Below are positions 32,680 through 42,416 of a stretch of 64,000 nt of DNA, piece by piece; the first letter of the stretch is position 1, and each line of letters opens with the position of its first letter. Source of the DNA: an uncultured Verrucomicrobiae bacterium (GTDB taxonomy: Bacteria > Verrucomicrobiota > Verrucomicrobiia > Chthoniobacterales > JAFAMB01); NCBI GenBank assembly GCA_963782115.1, contig CAWAIK010000001.1, positions 768,001-832,000 of the forward strand. The letters are read 5' to 3'. Below the pieces are notes generated by a model. That model made no database searches. It was given only the letters and a program-made list of their open reading frames with translations, and was not told the DNA's origin. The position numbers and the translations under genes were made by a program.

Positions 32680-32734
32680 ACCCAGCGACATGGAAACAGA
32701 AAAAGGACCGGGACGCTACAACGTCTAAACGGCA

Positions 32735-34486
32735 TCATAGTCGGTTGCGCTTCTGATTAAGGGATTTCCTCACCTCGTTCAAGGGGAGGCAGTTCACGAC
32801 ATCCTCGCGCGTCAACCAACCTTTTCGCGCGATTTGAATCCCGAACCAGAGATCGTGCAAGCCACGAACGCTGTGCGCATCCGGATTAATGGCGCATCGC
32901 ACCCCGTGGGCTTTGGCAAGTTTCCAGAACCGCCAATCCAAATCCAACCGCCTCGGGTTAGCATTCAATTCGATGATGGTTTCGGTTTGGGCAGCCGCTC
33001 TGATGATCTCCCCAAGATCCAACTGGTACGGTTCCCGCGACAGCAAAAGGCGCCCGCTCGGATGGCCCAGTATCGTAACGTACCGGTTTTCGATCGCGCG
33101 GATAATGCGGTTCGTCATCTCTTGCTCCGATAACGTGAACGAAGCATGCACACTGGCAACGACATAGTCGAGTTGGGCGAGAATTTCGTCGGGAAAATCC
33201 AGCCGGCCATCCTTCAGGATGTCGCACTCCACACCGCATAAAACCTGGAAATCGTCTTCGAACCCCTTGTTCAATTCGCGGATCTGTTCGACCTGCTCCA
33301 GCAACTGTCTTTCGTCCAGGCCATGGGCCTGAAAGGAACTCTTGCTGTGGTCGGAGATTCCTAGATATTCCAGTCCAAGCTCGTGCGCGGCGTCAGCCAT
33401 TTCTTGCAGCGTATTGTGCCCGTCGCTCTGGTTCGTGTGGTTGTGAAACGTGCCGCGAAGATTTTGCAATTCGACTAACCGGGGCAATTCCCCTTCTTCG
33501 GCAGCCTCAATTTCTCCCTGATTTTCACGTAATTCCGGAGGGATGTACGCGAGGCCCAGCGCTCGATATAGGTCCGCCTCGGTTCGAATTTCCGGGATCG
33601 GTTTGGGAATCTTTTTGAAACTAGGCTCCGGGGCGAGCCGATATTCATTCAAGGTCCAGCCATTTTGCAGAGCGCGTCCGCGCAGGGCCACGTTGTGTTC
33701 CTTGCTTCCGGTGAAATAACAAAGCGCAAATGGAAACTCGAGATTCGCAACCACTCGCAAATCGGCCTGAATCCCGTGCTTCAAGAGTACGCTGGCCTTC
33801 GTCTCGCCCTGGGCGAGGACCCGCTCGATGGCCGCGTGGGAAAGAAAATGCTCGATCATCTGCAGGGGCTGCTTGGTCGCGATCAAAATGTCCAGGTCGC
33901 CGATTGTTTCTCTTCCCCTCCGAAAACTTCCCCCCTCGCTGATCTGAGAAACGTCCGGATGTCCCTTGAAATGCTCGAGCAGTTCGTCGGACCAAATCTT
34001 TGCGTCCGACAACAGGAACCGTCCGGAATGTTTGCGTCGCCGCTCGATCGCCTGAAGCAGATTCGCCGCGGTCTTGGCCCCGAAACCAGGGAGCTCGGCA
34101 ATGCGCCCATCTCTTCCGGCAATTTCCAGTTCGGCGATGGTCTTGATGCCCAGCTGTTCATAGAGAGCCTTGACCTTCTTACCACCCAGCCCGGTGATTT
34201 CAAACAGCTCAAATATTGATTCCGGAAACTCGGCCTGCAGCTTTTCGAAATACTCCAATCTGCCGGTCTGGACGTATTCGGAGATCTTCTTCGTGATCGC
34301 GTCACCGAGTCCCTCCAATTCCCCGAGCTTATCTTCCACAACCGTGATCTGAAAATTCCCGGGAAAAGTCTCAAGCGCTCGGGCGGCATTGGTATAGGCC
34401 CGGATTTTAAACGGATTTTCACCTTTTAGCTCCAGCAGTCTTGCGACGGCCTCCAGGAGGGCAATTGTTTGTTCCTTTGTTTTCAT
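32735..34486 (-). CDS. polX: DNA polymerase X / PHP 3'-5' exonuclease
   Basis: ENPFKIRAY, GSFRR..GDLDIL, FTGSKEHN; PHP motifs HNH, DHS, DAH. Confidence 0.95.
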   Translation of the reverse strand: MKTKEQTIALLEAVARLLELKGENPFKIRAYTNAARALETFPGNFQITVVEDKLGELEGLGDAITKKISEYVQTGRLEYFEKLQAEFPESIFELFEITGLGGKKVKALYEQLGIKTIAELEIAGRDGRIAELPGFGAKTAANLLQAIERRRKHSGRFLLSDAKIWSDELLEHFKGHPDVSQISEGGSFRRGRETIGDLDILIATKQPLQMIEHFLSHAAIERVLAQGETKASVLLKHGIQADLRVVANLEFPFALCYFTGSKEHNVALRGRALQNGWTLNEYRLAPEPSFKKIPKPIPEIRTEADLYRALGLAYIPPELRENQGEIEAAEEGELPRLVELQNLRGTFHNHTNQSDGHNTLQEMADAAHELGLEYLGISDHSKSSFQAHGLDERQLLEQVEQIRELNKGFEDDFQVLCGVECDILKDGRLDFPDEILAQLDYVVASVHASFTLSEQEMTNRIIRAIENRYVTILGHPSGRLLLSREPYQLDLGEIIRAAAQTETIIELNANPRRLDLDWRFWKLAKAHGVRCAINPDAHSVRGLHDLWFGIQIARKGWLTREDVVNCLPLNEVRKSLNQKRNRL

Positions 34487-34487
34487 C

Positions 34488-34934
34488 CTATTTTCTTGGG
34501 ATTCCGTCGATCATTGCGCCGGACGAAATCCGGTGTCGAGCGAACCAGCCCTGGTTGACCTCCAGTGCATAGGCTACCCGATCCGAGTTGCTCAGAATTA
34601 GACTTTCATCCAGCGGGTTCATCGATTTGATCTCTAAAATTTTCCCGGTCGAATCGATAAATGCGATCGAGAGCGGGATCTTCGTATTTCTCATCCAAAA
34701 TGAGGCTTCTTTTGGCTGCTCAAATATGAAAAGCATTCCTCGGTCCTCGGGCAACGAATCGCGGAACATCAGACCGTTTTCCGATGCCTGAGGGGTGTCA
34801 GCAATCTCAGCCGTGAGAGGTACATTCGAGATCTTCAGCGCAGCGCTTCTCAGGCCAAAGGCGGTGGTTTCCGCGACTTTTTGCTGACACCCATCGAAGA
34901 GAAGAATCCAGCAAAGCGCGAGCAGGAAAGCCAT
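34488..34934 (-). CDS. DUF192 family protein
   Basis: EIADT...GLMFR...GMLF...FWMRNT.IPLSIAF...ALEVNQG. Confidence 0.9.
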   Translation of the reverse strand: MAFLLALCWILLFDGCQQKVAETTAFGLRSAALKISNVPLTAEIADTPQASENGLMFRDSLPEDRGMLFIFEQPKEASFWMRNTKIPLSIAFIDSTGKILEIKSMNPLDESLILSNSDRVAYALEVNQGWFARHRISSGAMIDGIPRK

Positions 34935-34974
34935 CGGACGTAGTTGGACCGCAGAGCGAGCACGCGCTCGTCGT

Positions 34975-36123
34975 CTAAGGCCGTTCATTGACATTGATCA
35001 GTTCCTGCTTGATTTGCAGAGCTTCGGCCAGCGCCTGCTCAATCGTTTCCCGGAGCACGCAAAAGTGTCCCATTTTACGTCCAGGACGGCCTTCCAGTTT
35101 CCCGTACAAGTGAAGTTTTGCGTAAGGGTTGTTCAGAACCGGCCGCCAATCGGGCTGCAAGCCGCCTTTCCAAAGGTCGCCGAGCAGGTTCACCATAACA
35201 ACCGGTCTGAGAAGGTCCGGAGATCCAAAGGGCAAACCGCACACGGCGCGTAATTGCTGTTCAAACTGGCTCGTCAAACACGCGTCAAATGTGTAGTGCC
35301 CGGAGTTGTGGGGTCGGGGAGCAAGCTCATTCACTATTAATTCGTTATCGCGGGTCAGAAAAAATTCCACTGCAATAAGGCCAACCACGTCAAGTTCACC
35401 GGCGATATTCTTCGCCATGGACTGAGCAAGGCGTTGGACTGCAGGATCTATTTGCGCCGGAACGATGCAATAATCCAGAATATGATGGCTGTGAATATTC
35501 TCTGAGGCCGGGAACGAGCAGACATTGTCTTTGGCATCCCGCGCACAGATAACGGAGAGTTCACGGTCGAAAGGAATCCATTTTTCGAGAATAGAGCGGC
35601 CGCCGGCGGCCTGCGAGTAATCGAATTGCTCGCCTGGATTGATCTTGTGCTGCCCCTTGCCGTCATACCCAAAGTCTGCACCCTTCAGAACAGCGGGCGC
35701 ACCGATCGAGTCGAGCGCGGTGTCGAATTCTGACTGATCCGAAATGACCGCAAACGGTACATGCGGATAATGATGCTGGCGTAGGAAATTCTTTTCGCGT
35801 TCGCGGTTCTGGCAGATATGAAGGACCTCGGACCGGGGATGCACCGGCTTCGATCGTGAAATCCTGTCTACGGCTTCTGCAGGAATATTTTCGAACTCGA
35901 AAGTAATCACGTCAACCGATCGCACGAAGGTTTCAAGCAAGTCCCAGTCTGTATAGGAGCCGTTAAATTCGCGGTCCGAAATCTGGCCGGCAGGGCTGTC
36001 GGGTGAAGGCTCGAAGGTATGGACCCTGTACCCCATCCGGCGTGCCGCGATCGCGAACATCCGGCCCAATTGCCCACCACCCAGCAGGCCGATCGTTGAG
36101 CCCGGCGGGATGACTATTTCCAT
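34975..36123 (-). CDS. purK: N5-carboxyaminoimidazole ribonucleotide synthase
   Basis: GGGQLGRM, TFEFEN, GYDGKGQ, NELAPRPHNSGH, RKMGH. Confidence 0.95.
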   Translation of the reverse strand: MEIVIPPGSTIGLLGGGQLGRMFAIAARRMGYRVHTFEPSPDSPAGQISDREFNGSYTDWDLLETFVRSVDVITFEFENIPAEAVDRISRSKPVHPRSEVLHICQNREREKNFLRQHHYPHVPFAVISDQSEFDTALDSIGAPAVLKGADFGYDGKGQHKINPGEQFDYSQAAGGRSILEKWIPFDRELSVICARDAKDNVCSFPASENIHSHHILDYCIVPAQIDPAVQRLAQSMAKNIAGELDVVGLIAVEFFLTRDNELIVNELAPRPHNSGHYTFDACLTSQFEQQLRAVCGLPFGSPDLLRPVVMVNLLGDLWKGGLQPDWRPVLNNPYAKLHLYGKLEGRPGRKMGHFCVLRETIEQALAEALQIKQELINVNERP

Positions 36124-36245
36124 AGAATCCACTCTGAAGAGAAGCAGGCCGGTTGCACAACGAAAATTCATCATGCGAAGAGAGACTGCTGATCCTCCCG
36201 AAGCGCGTTGAACATTCAATCTATTCGTGCTTATTGATCGGAACG

Positions 36246-36749
36246 ATGTTGTCAGAGTGGGAAATCAAGGCCCGAAGCCGCCACTGCGCTCAAACGCAGG
36301 AAGCTTTCGAGGACGGCGCGACGATCTATACCCTTTTATTTCAGGATCGGACCGGATTCAGGCGTGAGGATATTTCCGAAAAGGCATGGCAGCAAATCAA
36401 GGAGAGTGTTGCGCCGTTCTCGTTCTGGAAATCCAAATTTCAGGCGCCACCGCCGGCAGCTCCAGAGCCGATGCCGAAGGAATCTGTAGAAGACCTCTTG
36501 CGCAGATTGGTCAGCGAGGATCTGCCGGAGCATTTGAACGCGCGCTATGTCCTGGCGATTCTGCTTGAGCGAAAGAGAACCTTGAAGCAGGTGGATTTTC
36601 GTGAAACCGCAGAGGGGAAGATTCTCATTTATGAACATGCGAAAACCGGTGAGGCCTTCATTATTCCGGACCCGCAGTTGAGGCTGGATCAGCTCGATTC
36701 TGTACAGCAGCAAATCTATTCCCTGCTCGCACAACAGGAAAATGCGTAG
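36246..36749 (+). CDS. Conserved hypothetical protein
   Basis: Clean ORF with PFSFWKS...YVLAILLERKR...YEH...DPQL. Confidence 0.7.
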   Translation: MLSEWEIKARSRHCAQTQEAFEDGATIYTLLFQDRTGFRREDISEKAWQQIKESVAPFSFWKSKFQAPPPAAPEPMPKESVEDLLRRLVSEDLPEHLNARYVLAILLERKRTLKQVDFRETAEGKILIYEHAKTGEAFIIPDPQLRLDQLDSVQQQIYSLLAQQENA

Positions 36750-36914
36750 GAAGTTGTCAGCCGTCAGTCGTCAGTATCAGTAGGGCTTGCCGGTTTCAAC
36801 GGGGCGAAACACTTTGGCGTGAGACTTAAATTTTCCATGACGTATCTAAATCTGAAACACCAAGCTCGAGATGTTACTGTCCCAACTGACACTGAGACTG
36901 GCACTGCCAACTTC
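36750..36914. repeat. REP-like inverted-repeat element made of GTCAG/CTGAC 6-7-mer arrays
   Basis: Left arm GAAGTTGTCAGCCGTCAGTCGTCAGTATCAG; right arm CAACTGACACTGAGACTGGCACTGCCAACTTC. Confidence 0.7.
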
Positions 36915-36919
36915 TTCCA

Positions 36920-37918
36920 ATGCTTCCCTGGTTCGACAATATGCGTCCTCTTTACCTCGCGCCGATGGCGGGTGTAACGGACTCTGTGTTTCGCAGGCTC
37001 TGCAAGGAGCAGGGCGCGGACGTCTTGGTGACCGAGTTCGTCTCCGCGGATGGTATTTTGCATCGGAACCAGCGGACGGGGGAGATGCTCAATTTTCGAG
37101 AGGAAGAGCGGCCGGTGGGCGTTCAATTGTTCGGCGCGGACCCGGAACGTATGGCGGAGGCGGCGAAATCTGTCAGGGACTGGGTGCAGCCGGATTTTAT
37201 CGACCTGAATTTCGGTTGTCCCGTCAATAAAGTGGTCTGCAAGCATGGTGGATCCGCTTTGCTAAGGGATTGCCCGCTCCTTGAACGAGTTGCGTCGGCC
37301 GTTGTGAAGGCAGTCGACCCTTTACCGGTCACGGGAAAGATCCGCCTCGGATGGAGTTCGGAGACGATCAATGCTACGATCACCGCCACTATTCTCGAAC
37401 AGGTCGGGATAGCGGCACTTGCGGTCCATGGTCGCACCAGGGACCAGGGGTACTCCGGAGTCGCCGACTGGGAGGCGATTGCCCGGGTGGCCGAAACGGT
37501 TTCAATACCGGTCATTGGCAACGGCGATGTCGGGGACGTCGACGATATAGTGCTTCGGCTTCAATCGACCAAAGTACGAGGCCTGATGATTGGTCGTGCT
37601 GCGATGACATCTCCGTGGCTTTTTCGACGGGCGAAACACTTTTTGCAGACCGGCGAATCTTTGGCGGAGCCCTCGATCGCGGAACGCTGGATCCATATTA
37701 TTCGCCATTGCGGTATTGCAGCCGCCGAAGCCAATTCCGAGAAACACGCCATGGCTGCGATGCGTGGGCGGTTGATGGCCTATTCGAAGGGCATGCCTGG
37801 CGGCCGGACCCTGCGAGCGGAGCTTCAGCAAGTCTCCTCGGTGGCTCAAGTGGAAGCCATCTCAGAGCGGCATCTGGCGGGGTTGGAGGAAGTGGCGGAA
37901 GAAGTTGCCAGTGTCTGA
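36920..37918 (+). CDS. dusB: tRNA dihydrouridine synthase
   Basis: LAPMAGVTD, QLFG, DLNFGCP, VHGRT, GNGD, MIGR. Confidence 0.93.
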   Translation: MLPWFDNMRPLYLAPMAGVTDSVFRRLCKEQGADVLVTEFVSADGILHRNQRTGEMLNFREEERPVGVQLFGADPERMAEAAKSVRDWVQPDFIDLNFGCPVNKVVCKHGGSALLRDCPLLERVASAVVKAVDPLPVTGKIRLGWSSETINATITATILEQVGIAALAVHGRTRDQGYSGVADWEAIARVAETVSIPVIGNGDVGDVDDIVLRLQSTKVRGLMIGRAAMTSPWLFRRAKHFLQTGESLAEPSIAERWIHIIRHCGIAAAEANSEKHAMAAMRGRLMAYSKGMPGGRTLRAELQQVSSVAQVEAISERHLAGLEEVAEEVASV

Positions 37919-38316
37919 AGGAAGTTGCCAGTGTCGGTTGTCAGTGTCAGTTTCGGAGAGAATGCCAGTTCATAGCGGCGCGCATTTCGATGAGAGAGGT
38001 GTCGAAAATGGAGATTGAACGCTTTGGCACCTAAGGATTTCTCAACGCCGCAGAGAAATCTGGAAGATGTTGTCAGTGTCGGTTGTCAGTGTCAGTTCCG
38101 GAGAGAATGCCAGTTCATAGCGGCGCGCATTTCGATGAGAGAGGTGTCGAAAACGGAGATTGAACGCTTTGGCACCTAAGGATTTCTCAACGCCGCAGAG
38201 AAATCTGGAGAGCAAGGCTCGAACCACTACCTACCCCCTCTGAGAACTGACAACTGACACTGAGAACTTCTTTCCGCCTACATCCTTAAGAACTGACAAC
38301 TGACACTGACAACCTC
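37901..38316. repeat. Composite REP-like element containing a 145-bp tandem duplication
   Basis: Copies at 37924-38064 and 38069-38209 with 3 mismatches; two inverted CTGACAACTGACAC arms at 38240-38270 and 38290-38316. Confidence 0.9.
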
Positions 38317-38434
38317 TTTCTTTCCCCTGGACCAGTCAGCAGCCAGAATCTGGTGGTCAGGGTGATTGCCGCAATGAAGAGCCCCGTAGCCCCGGCGTTT
38401 GCTTTTAATGGACGCAGATCCATATTCGCGCGTA

Positions 38435-38800
38435 ATGGCAGCGACTGAAATAAAATACAAAATCGGCAATGAGCGTTTGGTGAAGGTAACCGGAAGCGCC
38501 GCTGCGAAACTCTCGCAGTTGCTGAAGCGGCAGGGCCGACCGCAGGGTGCACTCCGAGTCGCAGTCATCGGCGGCGGTTGTTCCGGTTTGCAGTATAAGA
38601 TGGATCTTGTCGATGGCCCGGCGAACCGCGACATTCTGGTAGAGTCCAACAGCGTTCGCGTCGTTGTTGATCCCAAAAGCGCGCTGTTTGTGAGCGGCTC
38701 ATTACTCGACTACAGCGACGACCTTCAGAAAGGAGGATTCAAGGTGACGAATCCAAACGCCGTGGCGCATTGCTCTTGCGGCGAAAGTTTCTCTGCATGA
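38435..38800 (+). CDS. HesB/IscA A-type Fe-S carrier
   Basis: GGGCSGLQY and NPNAVAHCSCGESF. Confidence 0.93.
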   Translation: MAATEIKYKIGNERLVKVTGSAAAKLSQLLKRQGRPQGALRVAVIGGGCSGLQYKMDLVDGPANRDILVESNSVRVVVDPKSALFVSGSLLDYSDDLQKGGFKVTNPNAVAHCSCGESFSA

Positions 38801-39360
38801 TCGATTTCTTCGTCCTCCTCGATATCGAGCGGCGACCTGCAATTACCGAAGAATCCCTGAAGAACGCCTACTTTCGCAAGACTGAGTCGCTCCGTTTGGA
38901 TCAGTCCGAATCGGACGCATTGTCTTCTCTTAATATGGCCTTCCAGATCATCGCGAATCCCGCGGCGCGAATTCAGCACTTGTTAAAGCTGGAGTTCGGG
39001 GATGCGCGCGGGGGGCGAATCGGGTCTGACCTCGGCGAGCTGTTTGGCAGTGTTGCCGAAGCGCTCCAAGAGGTCGATCAGGAGTTCGGATCACTTTCAG
39101 TGGAGAGTTCCGCGCTGCTTCGGGCCTTGGCGTTCCAGAGCATGGACGGAGTGCGCGGAAAACTAAGCCAGATAGGAAATGAACTCTCGGAGCGTGAGCG
39201 CAGCCTGCTCTCCGAACTTGATCGGCTTGACAGGATCTGGCTGGAGAGCCCGGCGCAGTGCCGCGAATCCCTTGCACAGATTGCGCTTAGCCTGACGTTC
39301 ATCCAAAAATGGTCGAGCGAGGTGCGGGAAAGAAAAATTCGCTTGGAAGAACTTGCTTAG
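38797..39360 (+). CDS. HscB-like co-chaperone with a degenerate J-domain
   Basis: DFFVLLDI...LKNAYF...LNMAFQII.NP..R..HLL; lies between iscA and the Hsp70 gene; HPD replaced by RLD. Confidence 0.7.
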   Translation: MIDFFVLLDIERRPAITEESLKNAYFRKTESLRLDQSESDALSSLNMAFQIIANPAARIQHLLKLEFGDARGGRIGSDLGELFGSVAEALQEVDQEFGSLSVESSALLRALAFQSMDGVRGKLSQIGNELSERERSLLSELDRLDRIWLESPAQCRESLAQIALSLTFIQKWSSEVRERKIRLEELA

Positions 39361-39399
39361 CATCCGATTCGTATGATTCAGGCAAATTAGTAACACGCT

Positions 39400-41211
39400 A
39401 TGAGTGATATCGTCGGGATTGATCTCGGAACAACGAACTCGTTGATAGGTGTGATGGATTCTGGTTTTCCTATCCTGATCGCTGATCGAGATGGATCCAG
39501 GCTGACGCCTTCCGTGGTTTATCTCCCCGAAACCGGTGATCCAGTTGTCGGTGCTCCGGCGGACCGGATGCGCGCATTGTTCCCGGAGCGCACGATCTAT
39601 TCCGTCAAACGCCTGATAGGACGCAGACCCGGGGAATCGGAGAAGGAAGATTACCCGTTTGCAGTCAGATCTCAAAGTGGCCGGACGCTGTTGGAGATCG
39701 GTCAGCGATTGCTAAAGCCGGAGGAGATATCCAGTCTTGTACTCAAGAAACTCAAAGCCGATGCCGAATTGAGTCTCGGAGATCCGGTCGATCGGGCAGT
39801 GATTACGGTTCCGGCCTATTTCAACGATCTGCAGCGCCAGGCCACTAAGCGGGCCGGGGAGTTGGCAGGGTTCGCGGTCGAAAGGATGATCAATGAACCG
39901 ACCGCCGCAGCGCTAGCCTACGGTCTGGACAGACTGGACGATCGGTCCCGAATCGCCGTTTACGACCTCGGTGGCGGAACTTTTGACATCTCCATCCTCG
40001 AACTCAACGAAGGCGTTTTTCGCGTCTTGTCCACCAACGGCAATACCCGGCTCGGCGGCGACGACATCGACCGCGAGCTTGTCGGTCTGTTGAAAGAACG
40101 TATCACCGGGCGGCATCCCGAGCTTCGACAAGAACTCGATAATAAGCTGTTCATTGGCAGGATTCGGGAAGTCGCACACGCCGCGAAGCTGCGTTTATCA
40201 ACGGAAGACATGGTGCAGGTTGAAATTCCCTTCCTTTCCGGAAATCGCAGCTTCTCTTATAACCTGACCCGACAAGAGCTGGAAGCGATTGCCCGACCGA
40301 TAATCCGGAGAACGCGTTCGCATTGTCTGCGCTCGCTCGATGATGCAAAGCTGGATCCAGCGAAGCTCGATGAAGTGATTCTTGTCGGCGGCGTCACCCG
40401 CATGCCGATCGTTCGACAGTTTGTCGCGGAGATCTTCCAACGACTCCCTAACACCACTCAAAATCCGGATGAAGCAGTGGCCGTAGGCGCAACGATCCAA
40501 GCCGGTATTCTCTCCGGTCAGGTTCAAAACGTCCTCCTGCTTGACGTGACTCCTTTATCCCTGGGGATTGAGACCTTCGGCGGCTTGATGAACGTGCTGA
40601 TTCCAAGGAATTCGACAATCCCGTGCAAGGCTGGGGAAATGTTTACAAATGCGGTCACAAACCAGACCGCCATGCAAATCGTGGTTTTGCAGGGCGAACG
40701 CGAGCTGGCAAAGGATAACTGGGAGCTTGGCCGTTTTGATCTCCAATTTGAGCCGGTTTCAAAAGGCCTCGCCAGGGTTGGAGTTCAATTTGAGATCGAT
40801 GCCGACGGCATTCTGCACGTACTCGCACGTGATACTCGGACAGGACGGGAAAGAGTAATCGAACTGAGCAGTGCCGTGGACGTATCCGATGAGGCGGTGG
40901 AAAAAATGATCGCAGAATCTTTGGATCATGCCTTTGAAGACATGGCCGAACGTCTCTGGACCGAAGCGGTTCTGAGAAGCAACGAACTGTTGCCTGCGGT
41001 CCGCAGCGCGTTGACGCTGGTCGGTGATCAGATCGAACCAGACGATCAGAAAAGGATCAATGGGTTGGTCCATGAAGTTGAAGCGGCGGTCAAAAGCCAC
41101 GATCCGCACCGCTTGAAAAAAGCAAATGCTGAACTCGACGAAGGAACCCAGCATCTTGCGACACTACTGATCGATCGCGCCATGGCGGAAGCTGCCAGGC
41201 GCAAGAAATGA
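39400..41211 (+). CDS. Hsp70 chaperone (HscA-like)
   Basis: GIDLGTTNS, TVPAYFND, DLGGGTFD, LLDVTPLSLG; Fe-S gene context. Confidence 0.9.
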   Translation: MSDIVGIDLGTTNSLIGVMDSGFPILIADRDGSRLTPSVVYLPETGDPVVGAPADRMRALFPERTIYSVKRLIGRRPGESEKEDYPFAVRSQSGRTLLEIGQRLLKPEEISSLVLKKLKADAELSLGDPVDRAVITVPAYFNDLQRQATKRAGELAGFAVERMINEPTAAALAYGLDRLDDRSRIAVYDLGGGTFDISILELNEGVFRVLSTNGNTRLGGDDIDRELVGLLKERITGRHPELRQELDNKLFIGRIREVAHAAKLRLSTEDMVQVEIPFLSGNRSFSYNLTRQELEAIARPIIRRTRSHCLRSLDDAKLDPAKLDEVILVGGVTRMPIVRQFVAEIFQRLPNTTQNPDEAVAVGATIQAGILSGQVQNVLLLDVTPLSLGIETFGGLMNVLIPRNSTIPCKAGEMFTNAVTNQTAMQIVVLQGERELAKDNWELGRFDLQFEPVSKGLARVGVQFEIDADGILHVLARDTRTGRERVIELSSAVDVSDEAVEKMIAESLDHAFEDMAERLWTEAVLRSNELLPAVRSALTLVGDQIEPDDQKRINGLVHEVEAAVKSHDPHRLKKANAELDEGTQHLATLLIDRAMAEAARRKK

Positions 41212-41268
41212 GGCCGCAAAGAGAGGCTTCGTCGTTGCCAGGTCGGATGCTGAAGACGACCACAGACG

Positions 41269-41652
41269 TTAACGACGCTTCTCGAACTCGGCGCCGGGTT
41301 CAGTTCGAGTATCGAAAAAAATTCGGGACGGAACCAGGTCGCTGATCGTCCACCGCGATTTGCCGTTAAACGCTCTAATCTGCGTGTAGCCGGTATCTTT
41401 TGGGTAGGCTTTGATGATCGTGTCTCGCCAAAAACGGCCATCGTTGGAAGCTTCAATATCGATAAAGAGAGGTGCGTCGCCCACATATTGGCCATTGACC
41501 TCGATTTTAGCCCCTGCGGGCTGTGAGACGATTTGCACCTTTAGTCTTGGCCTCACGGTATGCGTGTGCGATGCGCACCCGGAACAGGCCAGAAAAACGG
41601 AGGCCATCAGGAATGGAAGAATGGTGCTAAAGACTGGGTGGGCCCGATGCAT
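41269..41652 (-). CDS. PEGA-domain lipoprotein
   Basis: CSGC lipobox; SQPAGAKIEVNGQYVG.AP. Confidence 0.7.
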   Translation of the reverse strand: MHRAHPVFSTILPFLMASVFLACSGCASHTHTVRPRLKVQIVSQPAGAKIEVNGQYVGDAPLFIDIEASNDGRFWRDTIIKAYPKDTGYTQIRAFNGKSRWTISDLVPSRIFFDTRTEPGAEFEKRR

Positions 41653-41745
41653 GAGAGTTGCCTTATCAGAAATGAGAGTGGTTCGTCTCGCATTTTGTAT
41701 CTGAGAAAGCCTAAAGGTTGATTTCAATTCGACATCGCAACCTGG

Positions 41746-41985
41746 TTAGAGCGTGTCGAGTATATTACCCACCTCTACCCGCTTATGAGTGGCAACACTC
41801 TTCAGAATGACGGCTGCCAGGCCCTCTTTTATTTTTGCATGTAGAGGGATGGTGAGTCGTTGAAACCGAGGATTCAAAGTCTCGAGACGAACATGTCGCC
41901 CGATTTGCTTGATGAAATGATAATCCCAATGCCGGCACAGGCATGTGACCAGGTCATTGCCGGATATGTCAGGTGGCGTTCTCAA
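41746..41985 (-). CDS. HicA-family toxin
   Basis: Q.GRHVRL...TIPLH..IKEG; overlaps the upstream antitoxin gene. Confidence 0.75.
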   Translation of the reverse strand: MRTPPDISGNDLVTCLCRHWDYHFIKQIGRHVRLETLNPRFQRLTIPLHAKIKEGLAAVILKSVATHKRVEVGNILDTL

Positions 41986-42200
41986 GCGGCGAACACAAAT
42001 TGAGACACAACTTGAGCTAAGCGCACTTCAAATTTATCGCAATCCTCATCGTGAAAGTGTGCTCGGACAGCTTCCAAGGCATTTACTTTCAGCTCATCAA
42101 AATCGCTACCCTGGGTAAAAATGTCGTCACCGATTCCGACGGCTGTCCAGGTTCCATCCTCCTGCGGAACAACTTCAAAAACTAGATGTTTTAATAACAT
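41982..42200 (-). CDS. Short HicB-like antitoxin
   Basis: EDGTWTA...IFTQG..FDELK.N..EAV..HF. Confidence 0.7.
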   Translation of the reverse strand: MLLKHLVFEVVPQEDGTWTAVGIGDDIFTQGSDFDELKVNALEAVRAHFHDEDCDKFEVRLAQVVSQFVFAA

Positions 42201-42416
42201 GGGGAATTAGCGCCTCGTAATATTGAGCATTGCGAACAGGTTTGTGCAAGGAGATAGAAAATGGAGCAAGTGGGCCAGCCTTTTCAAGCGCGAAGCCTTG
42301 AATGCAATGGAGGCTTAAACGACCACCTTCCGGTGTGCCATTTAAATCTGATCATACCTGGTGTTCGTTTTTAGCCTTTGATTGCGGCTCTATTTGGCTG
42401 TGATAAAATTTGCACT

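Noticed and set aside
37924..38209. CRISPR array or hammerhead ribozyme in the 145-bp repeats
   Set aside because: There are no unique spacers and no cas genes. TCGATGAG...CGAAA resembles a hammerhead core but lacks the invariant CUGA and a credible stem II.
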